From assembly GCA_000708835.1 (NCBI GenBank), contig DF236968.1, positions 186,001 through 250,000 of the forward strand: a stretch of 64,000 nt of DNA. Reading direction: 5' to 3'. Under the pieces are notes generated by a model, which worked only from the letters and a program-made list of their open reading frames with translations, searched no databases and was not told the origin of the DNA. The stretch comes from Klebsormidium nitens (Eukaryota > Plantae > Klebsormidiophyceae). This document shows positions 35,172 to 45,942 of the stretch, in pieces; position 1 is the first letter of the stretch, and every line of letters begins with the position of its first letter. The translations under genes were made by a program, and so were the position numbers.

Positions 35172-36977
35172 ATGATGGCTTCCGAGGGCCCGGAATCCTT
35201 TTCGGCTTCCGGATTCACAGCTTTGCCGAGAGAGATCCTTGTAGAGATAGCAGGTTTGCTTGAAGAGGATTGAAAAGGAAAAGTATGGTTGAGAAACTTC
35301 ATGCAAGTGTGCAGAGACTGGCATTCCGTTGGAAGGGAGGCGATCAAGAGCCTTGTAATCCCTTGCGACCAGCATCTGGAAAGAAGGGAGGCCGAGCTTT
35401 TGCAGATGATGAGCCGTTTCCCCAACATCGAGAGCCTCCACCTGAAGCTGGAAGAGAGGGAGTATGCGGAAGGGTTTGAGAGGATAGTGAGGTCTATTGA
35501 CCGCATCACGCCAGTGCAAATCAAGCACATGGATTTTAGCTTCGAACATTTTGGTTCAGAAGTGCTGCGCCCTGCTCCAATAAGGCTGCCAGAAACGATC
35601 TTACAGTGGGAGTGGCTCGAGAGTCTCGCTGTGCGTGGTGCTCTTGTTCTTGAGAAACTGGAGACAGAGGAAGGAGTTGGAAGGTGGATCAACCTAAAAA
35701 GTCTGACCCTTGCTCATAGTATCTCCTTCCCTCCAGCGAGCAGCAAATGGACCAACCTACAGTCCCTGAGGATAACCTGCTTCAACGAGAGTGAAGTCCC
35801 AGAGACATTCAAAGAATGGAAGAACCTGAGAATTCTAGATTTGACTTTGGACCCGTTTTTGAACAACAACCGCAACGGGCTGAGACAGTTGCCACCTTTC
35901 GTCGACTCGTGGAACCGGCTCGAAGTCCCGAGGCTCCAAAAGGCGCTTTTTCTTGAGTCCTTCCCCACAGCTATAGGTGCCTGGCAAAATCTGCGCGAGC
36001 TTTCTCTTTCTTCGTGCTCCCGCCTAAGCGCGTTGCCTGAAGGAGTAGGATTTTGGCAGAAATTGAGAGTATTAAGCCTAACAGGAGTCGGTCTGCTTGA
36101 ACTCCCGGACTCTGTAGGGCAGTGGAAGTCATTGAGGGAACTGAGATTGGAGTCCTGCATGAGACTCAGAGGACTGCCTGTATCCGTAGATCAGTGGGGA
36201 CTGCTAGAAAGGGTGTTCATCAAAAACTGCAGCAAAGTGGAGGGCCTGCCTTCAGCTGTCGAAGGGTGGGAAAACCTAAGGGTTCTTGAGATCCGTTCCT
36301 GCGTCCTCATTGCGACGCTTCCGGAAGGAGTTCGGGAGTGGAGAGAGCTGCAAAGTCTGGAGCTAAATAAAGAGTGTGCCTTTCCCAGACTAGTTCTGCC
36401 ACAAGAGGTGGGGGAGTGGGTAAGCATAGAAACGGTGGGTCTTGGGAAAGTGGGAAACCTGCCAATCAGCACCCAAGCATGGTCCAATCTGACCGAGTTG
36501 ACCATCGGGAATCTGGAAGCACAGGAGCTTCCGGCCCATGCAGTATCAGCGTGGAAGAAGCTGACTCATCTGAGCTTGCGTAGCAACCGGTTGCGCGAGT
36601 TGCCGGAAGCCATAGGCGCCTGGCAGAGGTTGCAGACGGTCCGCCTATCATGTTCGAAGTTGACAATGCTCCCAGAAAGCGTGAGTAGATGGAAGGAACT
36701 GAGCGACCTGACTCTGAGCGGGTGTGAGAGTTTGCGGACCCTGCCTGAGAGCGTGGGTCTCTGGCGCAATCTTCGTTATCTGGACTTCGGCGGTAGCCAC
36801 AATTCGGAACCGCCGTGCACCGCTCTCACAAGTCTGCCAGACTCCGTCCGGGCTTGGGAGAGCATACGCGGAATCGATCTGACAGGCTGCAGGACTTTGC
36901 AGTGTCTGCCGGATGGCATAGGGGAATGGTCCGATACCCGATGGGTGGGTCTAGAGGATTGCATCGCTCTTACGTAA
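35172..36977 (+). CDS. Intronless F-box/leucine-rich-repeat protein; F-box interrupted by in-frame TGA (35271-35273), so possibly a pseudogene or nonsense allele
   Basis: ATG 35172 is in frame with the 562-codon ORF: FTALPREILVEIAGLLEED*KGKVWLRNFMQVCRDW is an F-box motif. It is followed by about 19 LRRs of ~23-24 aa (LPxSVGxWxxLxxLxL). Confidence 0.85.
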
Positions 36978-38395
36978 CTTTCTAAGCGCAGTCTGCTTGG
37001 CTTAGATCGCTCGAGGGACTACGCGGGGTGCGCTGTGGTAGAAAGAGGATTGGAGGTGAATGTTCGATGTTGAATGAGCTTCGCAAGATGTATTTTGTGT
37101 GCATGTCTGTGTTTCCCAGGAGTCTATGAATCTAGGCTGAAAGGTAGTCGTGCATAACTTTAGCGCTCACCCCTTCTTTGCGTCAGTATCATCGACTTAG
37201 GGAGACGTGGGCCGTTTGTAAAATGGATCGTCATCATGGACTCTGGTCGTATAGCATGCCGCCCTCTCATCCCGCTTGATTTAGATGCGGCATAGAGTCA
37301 ATCCAACAAATGGATGAAACAGTAACGAAGTACCTCTTGGTTTTCGCGTACATGATTTGAATGTCTCGAGCTGCGGCATGATTCTATCAATCAACAGCCG
37401 TCCAGTGGTGCGCTAGAATGGGCTCGGTCAAATCAGTGCACATCGTTTGTGCAATCGTATGCATCAGTGACATCATCGTCAACCATATGTGCGATTGGTT
37501 ATCTCGATCGATTGGATAGCGCTAGTGGCAACCCCAGTCCTTCTCCATATCGGCTGCATACAGCACAAGTCTTGACTCCGGAACTAAATCGATACGTACA
37601 CACATGATGATATCGTAGGCCGTACTTGAACTACTGTGTCACCAAGGAAATTGTCGGTCAGTGCTCTCTGCCAAGCAGGGCACTCTGAGATCCGAAGCAA
37701 AATTTTAGTTCAGGCTTGACTCGATCATATGCAACTACATTCTTTTGCTTAATTGGAGTCATTCATCTGAAGAGATTACCATCATTGGCGTCGGAGGCGT
37801 GCTTCTATCTGCCATGCATCCGGGCTTGTACGTTACCTCGCTATATCACTAGCTGATGGACATTAGGCATCACAGTTGCATGCGTGCGTTAGAAAAACGG
37901 CTTCGTGACATCGCTGCATCGCACATGGTCCGAGCCCGCAGACTCGTAAATCGGACCTCACGCATACATATACAAGCAGTTCTTTTACAAACACATCTGA
38001 TCGAGTTGACTTAGCAGGCCGTCTTTGCTTGCAGCACTGACAGCCTGAGCGTCGAGTCGGCATACCTTTTATCTGGCAGACTTATCCGATTGGACCATGT
38101 CACTGCACGGCTACGCCCCATGACTTGAGTTCTTGCTAGAGCTTCTCCTGCTCCTTGAGACAAACACAACGATTGCACGGCATTAAATTGTCAGGAACTT
38201 ATCACTGCGGAACTAGTCGTTGCTCCTATGGCAGCCTTGCCGCAGCAGTACGCCACCCGCTACCGCTTGGCCGGTGAATCCCTGCGGTTCGAGCGACTAG
38301 ATTCCCTCTTGACTCGGCGCTGTCTTTGATTGCCGGCCGAAACGCCCACGCTCATCGCACTCTTCCTCGACCAGACGGCCACGAGACCGAAGCAA

Positions 38396-39285
38396 CTAGA
38401 ACGGCCACGGTTTCTTCTTGACCCCGGCCTTTTTCAGAAACTCCGGCACGGGGGGCCCTCCTGCGCTGCTCGAGCCCAGAGAGGGGGGGACCACGCTCGG
38501 CCGCACCCCTGGGAGTACCTGCCCGCGCTGCGCCAACTGCAGAGATGACACGAAAAAGAAATACACATCAGTGTGATATTAAGTGGGAGGAAACGAGGTG
38601 TCAAGCGTAAGACTGGCAAGGGCGAAAAGCGCGCGGCCACACCCCTGGGAGTACCTGATTGCGCTGCACCAACTGCAGAGATGACACAAAAAGAGTACAT
38701 ATCAGTTCGGACGTAAGTTGGGAACAGAAATGGTGTAAAACGTGACACTGGCGAAAGCAGAAAAGGGGGCCACGCTCGGCCGCGCACCCGGGGGTACCTG
38801 ACCTTGCTGCGCCAACTGTGGACATGACACAAAACGAGGAAATGTTACTTGATGGGTGAGTGGAAGCAAAGATGGTGTTAAAGGTAAGGTTGGCGAACGT
38901 GAAAAAGGGTACCACGCTCGGGCGCGCCCCTGAATGTACCTGACTGCGCCGATTACGCACACGAGACCGGCGATGAAAAAACCAGCCGAGAGAACGTTTG
39001 GGATCACGTTCGACTTGGTGGAAGATCTGCTGGCGCTAGAGCAGTGTTGACAACAAGAATTTGCCACCAAGGATCTGACACCGAGGAATTGACCTTGATA
39101 AACTCCGGTGCAAAAGACCCCAGGGCGAGCGCGGTGTCAAGTAAGCGTTCCCGTCAAGGGGCCTCATTGTATACCTAAAACAAGGTGAAGCCACCTGGCA
39201 TCCGAAAGCTTTGGGGGCAAGAACGGTGTTCACAACTAGAGTCGCAATCGTATGACCACCTCCCTGCGCCAACTTTGTAAGAGTC
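38396..39285 (-). repeat. Array of FtsZ terminal-exon acceptor copies
   Basis: cag|TTGG(C/T)GCAG...CAGGTAC starts at 38536 (functional), 38672 and 38815; degenerate copies at ~38952 and ~39273. Confidence 0.85.
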
Positions 39286-42200
39286 GGAAGGCACGGTATA
39301 CTTAACTGAGGGGGTTTAATCCAGAGGAACAGTGGCGATTTTACCCGGTTTACATGACCGACCGAAATCGAGCAGAATGACAGGGGTCGGCATGGATGAA
39401 GCAGGTTTATAAGCAATTTTGGAAAACCTCCGCAGTGAAAACGGTTGGGTGACTTGCGACCGACGACTAAACTGGTGTCAGAAAGGCAGCCGACGGACGA
39501 GCCCGCTCTTTGCCGTTCCGCTCGTTTTCAGTTTCTCCCTACAAATCTGCAGATTCGCAATCGTCGCCTTATCCTTGCTAAACCGACCTTGCTAAGGCCG
39601 GGACGACCTCCGACCCGCAGCCAAGGATTCCGCAAAGAGAACCAGCGAAAAGCATCAGAACCGAACGGATCGGAAAGGGCGGAACGTACCCCTGCCTCCT
39701 CCGGCGAACGGAAACCGGTTGCGATCAACGTGATGCTCAACTGCAAAAAGCAAAGGCACAGTCAGGAGAGAGGGCAACGAAAAACTTCAAGTAAGACGTC
39801 GACCCCATTCCCCATACATTCTCAAACAGGGTAGAGGGCGTCTCGCGTCTCAATGCTTAGGGTCATAGCAGTTCGATCGGAGGCCTCATAAAGCAGTTTC
39901 CAAGATTCGGGTTTTAGCTGATACAGATGCATCAATCGGTCTGGCATCTGCTAAAGCACCCAGACTCTGATCCAATCTCAGGAACCATTTCAGGTCAATT
40001 TTGTTTTGCGTCAACCCATGCAATAGGTTTGGCTTCGACCAAGGTGCGCTAAGCGAAACGGGATGCGAAGCGACGGGCAGGTTTCGCTAGCGGCTCCAAA
40101 CGAACGCCCGAAAACGGCAGGATTTGAGCTTAGCAAACGCCTCCGTATCTAACTAATTCACTAACCTTAACTAATCTGATTAACTAATCTTCGAGCTCCA
40201 ACCAGCGTCTTCTTCTGATCTGGACAACCGCGTCGCTTGCTTCTTGAAAGCGCGGATCTTTTCGAAGAGTTGCAGAAGTCTAGGCTCTCGGAACTGAGGT
40301 CCTATGCACTGCGTGTGTTTCGGAGACTTACTGCGCCTGCCATGTTCTCATCGACCACTGCACCAAAGATGAGGTTTGCGTTCGGGTCCACCAACTCATA
40401 AATGACCTCCGCCGCTTGGTTCACCTGCACGAAAAGTTTACGATATCAGTCAGTGCGCACGCTCGTGGTGCCGGCAACAAAAGTTCGGAACCGTCGATCG
40501 ATGTGGGCAGCCCCCAACTTCGACCCTCCGGACCATCCGATGGAGGTCGCATTTATTGCTCTCTGCCAACCGCAAAGTCGGCCCCTAAACTTCGCCGGCG
40601 ACTTTTGCACGAGATTTGAGTGAGCGTCGCCGCATTTCTGAACTTTTGCTTTGACACAATCGCCCAGCGGTCGGTCAAAAGACCCGTTGTGTCAAGAGGC
40701 CCAAAACGTGCGTACTGACTGATGTTCATCCAAGAGCGACAAACATTCTCCGGTATGCTTGGTTTGGCGGCTACGAAAGGACGCGTCAGACTGAATAACC
40801 TCGAAAGTGCCAAGTCAGAAAGCAGTACGGTCTCGTTCAGTGTCGCGGGCACTCCTTCTCAAGACATCGGCTGATACTGTCGAGCAGATCCGGACCTAGA
40901 GATAGCCGGGCGAAGCGATCCATGCTTCTACAGGAATCGGTCATCCTTCTGCGAGAGTTCTGCGTAATCGGCCCAAACAACCCACCACTTTACGTCAACA
41001 ATATGACGAAGCAAAATCGTAGCCGACGCTTGACAGTTATGAGCAAACGGGCTTACCTCGAACAGCGTCATGTCCTTTCCCCCTGTGATGTTCCACACAA
41101 TGCCCGTCGCTCTCTCGATTCCGATGTCCAGAAGCGGAGACTGGATCGCACTGACGGCGGCGTCCCGCGCTCGAGACTTGCCTGGCACAAAATAGATCGG
41201 TTGTTGGGATTGGTTAGTGGAAAACCCTATCGTCAAATCTCAGGGCGTCTGCTTCGTGGGAATGCGTATCAATGCGTGATTTGGCTGATCTCTGCTGCTG
41301 GTTTCTGGTATCGCATCTTGCCACAAACATACCCGATCGAACTTTTCAGATGGAGTTCTGAATTAGACTAGGATCGATCAATTGGTGCTTGTATAACCGC
41401 CGTTCCGAAGCGTCGAAGAGAAGCGGTGGACTCAACAATTGGGGCAGATAATCAGCCAAAGAAAAACTTAAGTACGTTTAAGGTTCGACATTTTGATGAA
41501 GCACTCTCATCAGTTGCGCAGCACCAGGAAAAGAGTAACATGCCTTACCCGTCCCGATGCCGATGCCCATGAGCGACGAGCCCGCGTCTTGCATGATCGC
41601 TCTGACGTCAGCGAAGTCCACGTTGACCAGCCCCGGCACCTGTCAAAACGAACGGGGCTCATAAGATTCACAAGATCTGCCAGTTTGAGATTGTTCGAGG
41701 GGGCTTTCGAGGCTGCCCCGTGGAGTTTTAACTGGAGTTTAAGTTGGAGTTCGAAAGTACTGCACTAAAGGCAAGCTAGGCCTTCTGCGGTTAACCCCTC
41801 CGTACTCTATGCAATCACCAGACTTTTTCAAACACTTCGTGATTCTGCAGTACTTGAGGACACTTCCGGCCCCTCCAACCTTTTGAACCCGCAAACTCCT
41901 GAGATTCCTAAACTCAAACCCTTCCGCTCCTCCAAAGCTTGAGCCTGCCCGAGCAACCCAGCCCTACTGCTTCCCCGCAGCTAACGCTGACCGTCTCCAG
42001 TATGCCCCCACTCGAAGCCGCAGACTGACATCCTCAAACAAAGTCGAAGCGCCTCAGGACCTCTGCAAACCCGGAGAGCCGACTCTAGAACGCTCCGCCG
42101 AGATGAGGCCACGGACGCGGCCTCACCGTGATGACGTCACTGGTGCCCCGCACCCCCTGCCCGACCGCGCATCACCGACTCTCAAAACCTTTCTGCCAAC

Positions 42201-45127
42201 CTCAGGTCTGAAGACATCGCAACGCCTCAGAGTGATGACATCGCGATCGCCCCCGTACCCCCTGCCTCAGGTTTGATGACGTCACGACGCCTCACCGTGA
42301 TGATGTCACTGATGCCCCGCACCCCCTGCCTCAGGATGTCGTCCGCCAGGTTGAACGCCTCGGTCACGGGCGTGCTCTGCGAGACCGCCGTCAGCAGCTT
42401 GTCGTTCGGGATCGTGATCAGCGTATCCACCGCCCCCCGCAGAGCCGTGATGCCTTCGGCCGCCTGGTTGGACCGACGCCGGCCCTCGAACGAGAATGGG
42501 GTCGTCACGATGCCGACGGTCAGCACGCCGAGGTCCTTGGCGACGCGTGCCACGATCGGAGCTGCGCCACTGCCCGTGCCGCCACCCATGCCGGCCTGAA
42601 AGAGATTTGGGAAGCGCGGTGGAATCGAGAAACTAGAGTGGGAATCGTCGAAAGTCAGGACGCCGAGATCTTTTGTGACACGCGCAACGATGGGGGCTGC
42701 GCCACTGCCAGATGCCGCCTCCCATGCCCGCCTAGAGAGACGGTTGCATTGGGTAACTAAAGAAGGAGCAGTCGAGAACGCAATGTTGTGACGGTCAGAA
42801 GGCCGAGGCTCTTAGCAACACATTCCCCGATCAGGGCTGCGCCGCGCTCTGTGCTGCCACCCATGCCTGCCTAAAAAGGAGTAAGAACGGGTGGTCAAAT
42901 CTAGCAACTAGGAAGAAGATTGTCGTGTACAAGATTTCTTGACGGTTAGGTCACCAAATCTTTGCCAACCAGCGCCGCGAAGCGAGCTGCGCTGCTGCCC
43001 GTGCCACCGCCCATGCCGGTTTGAAGAAGAATTGGGAGCTGACGGTCAGATCGAGTAGATGGTGAGAAAATCATTGAGATTGCATATTGTGACGGTCAGG
43101 AGGCTCAGGTCCTAAGCAGCACGTGCCGCAATGCAGGCTGCGCCGCTGCCCGTGCCTCCGCTCATGCCCGCCTTGATCCTGTTGTTTTATTTGTTGAATC
43201 TTAAATCCCAGCTGTTCCCGTCACATTCTGGACAATAAAAGTTCCACCAGGAATCATGGCGGGCAACTATGCATAAAATCAAACGGTCGGATTGGGTAAG
43301 CAGTGAGGAGAGGTTAATGGAAGGTTGACAATAGAAAGGCTCTAGATCGTCTTGGAAGGACAACAGTTACACAATTCTGGCGGCGCCGTCACTACTCAAA
43401 CCATCCAGAGAGAGATCAGAGGAACTGTTTACAACTGAGGTTTGCAATAGAAAGATATACATAGCAAGGTTGTAGCTTTTAGATTGAGTACGGGAGCAAA
43501 TGGCTGAACCCTGTCTCTCGACAAGCAGACTATATCACATGCCATGGTCATGACACTCAAGTCCGGAGGCCCCAGAAAGAAGCATCCAAACCACAGAGTA
43601 TTCCAATTTCACCAGCCCAACTGATGAAGCTCGTTCAGAAGTAATTGCTGAAATATCGGTTGCATGTGCCAAGGTCCACAAAACTTCCCAGATACTCTCA
43701 CGCCACAACCTTGCTACAAACCAAGCCCTTGGACAGTTTCGCTGAGTCGCATAGCTCACCAACAAACAACTCTGATAACTGAACAATTAAAAAGTTCCTC
43801 TTAATACTCCTCACCGTCACAAAGACCATGTCTGCCCCCCTGACCGCCTCCTCCAATAGCGCCTTGCTCTCTTCCGCTGCCTGCTGACCGATATCTGGGT
43901 TACCCCCCGCCCCTAACCCCCGGGTTAACACCTGACCAATCTGTAACCGGTGCGAGGGCTCCACAGGGGAGTTTGCCATCGCTTGAGCGTCCGTGTTCAC
44001 GATCCAAAACTCGACGCCGGTCATCTCGGATTGGACCATCCGGTTGACGGCGTTTGATCCACCCCCGCCCACACCTGCAGTGAGTAACAAGTGCACGCAC
44101 GTCATGCACCAAAGCTGATGATTTTGAGCAGGGAACAGATTTCTCCAGTTTGTCAGATGACAGCGCGGATAGTCCAGCAGACAGCGGCCTGGGATCGAGC
44201 CAGCTTGAGCACCTTTTGCTGTCCAAGTGAAAACAGTGCTAACGTCCTGACTCCAACTTAAGGGACATTTTAACAATTGGTTCCGATCGACGCTAATTGG
44301 TTTCGATTCAATATAATGCAGAAGGGCCTCCAAGTGCACCAGCACACCCAGTGAAGCAAGACTTTGCACCCTGTCTTCTTGAAACGGTGCCTAATAAGCT
44401 TCAATTGTATGAAGGATGAAATCACAGCGACCAGTAGGATTCAGCCTGTTCAACATCAGACATTGGTGCACCATTTTCAGCAAAGCACCTATTGGAATGA
44501 GCTGATGTGGACGGGAGCAGTTAAACCTTCCAATTCGGAACCAGAGTCTGGATTACACGATCAGTGTTTGACCGTCAAGGTAATGTCATCACACAGGCAT
44601 CCAACACAAAGAATTTACGGGCCCTCATTGGAAAAAGACTCCTCAGGAAAGCAGATTCCTCCTCCCGGCACACAAAACATTGACTTGAAATTGCCAGCCT
44701 TACCAATGACTTTGATGTTGGCTTCATTGTTGGGGAAGTATGGTTCGGAGGGGCCTTGCAACGACGCAACAGGAGACGGCCTGCCATTCTCTGTCGGAAG
44801 AGATGTGCTTGCAGTCTCCGAAGCAGCCCGGGTCCGGCTTTTCTGCCGCAAGGTGGGTGCGAGCGCACGATTTGGGAAGGATCCCTGCCTCAAAACTTCG
44901 GGGACGCTTGAGTACGGACTTTTCTGTTCAGGGATAGTGGCCCATTGCTTTACTTGAGATCTGCAGACTGTTCGGTTGCTGGTAGCCGCTGGGCTTGGAT
45001 CTAAGGACAGAATGGGAGACGTCAGTGAGTGTTTAATGCATGCCTGCACTTTTGGTGCGGATTGAAGGAAAGCGGCACCCCGTATCTGAGCGAACGGGAG
45101 CCTTGCGGCCGCCGCGGTGGCTTCCAT
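38396..45127 (-). CDS. FtsZ2: Plastid division protein FtsZ2-type (8 exons, ~494 aa)
   Basis: Exons 45127-44704, 44074-43815, 42595-42296, 41639-41549, 41181-41057, 40424-40332, 39740-39690, 38536-38396; total 1485 nt. Motifs [46 protein letters not shown] and the C-terminal core peptide VPEFLKK. Confidence 0.95.
42120..43190 (-). repeat. Five FtsZ exon-3 acceptor copies and two extra donor-side copies
   Basis: ag|GC(C/G/A)GGCATG-like starts at 43171, 43020, 42870, 42731 and 42595 (functional). Donor-side ATCAC(G/T)|(G/C)TGAGG at 42296 (functional), 42231 and 42126. Confidence 0.92.
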
Positions 45128-45942
45128 TGGTTACCCGTGCTCAACCCTTAGTTTATCATTGCGCCAACTTTGATTTCGCAACACGGGCTCCTAATGGAAG
45201 GCAACTTTTCAATCGCTAACTCTATTCTCGAATCGTGTTGTAGCAATTCTTGAGCGAAGTTCGAACAGATTGAGGAAAGGGACCCGCACCAACCAACTAA
45301 ATAAAGTCAGCTACCTGATCAATTACTGAACAACTTCCTTGCAAAATGCTTCACCTGCAAACAGATCCTATCTCTTTCGAATGCCTTTGCACGTTGAAGG
45401 AAGGCTGAAAGTATGCCAAAGCGCCTTGGAACGTCTGCTTCTTCGCTGTAGCTCTGAAGACTAATGAAACTTGAAGTGCCAGAGGCCGAGCTTCGAGTTG
45501 CTACGCAGCCCATACACTGCGCGTTTCTCCCGCCATTTTTGCCATTGTGACACTTGTCGTCTTTCCATTCGTTTGGTGGCAAGGGACTGCTCACACAATC
45601 ACCGTCAGATTGGCCAGGTGGTATATCGGACGGACGCTAAGCTCCCCTTCCCTCGGGCATCCGCTTCGAAGTTGTGCTCATCGTTGGTCACGTCAACCGA
45701 CTCTACACGGATCGAACACAGGACCTTGTGTTTCTCTCCAGCTAGAAATTTTCCCCCAAATAACAGAGATCGAACACAGGAGCTTCTGTTTCTTGTGCAA
45801 TCCTTCTCTGGAAGCAAATAAGCCTGGAGGTCATCAGCAAACAGGGAATTAAGTCCGTTTGCGCCGTGAAGCTTGAAAATCCAGCAGCATTGTGTGTTGC
45901 TCAAAGGTCTAGTCAATTGACGAGCTTTTGCAAAGTGCATAG
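45128..45942. promoter_or_regulatory. Candidate bidirectional promoter between FtsZ2 and RAD51C
   Basis: Head-to-head start codons 815 bp apart; no specific element identified. Confidence 0.5.
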
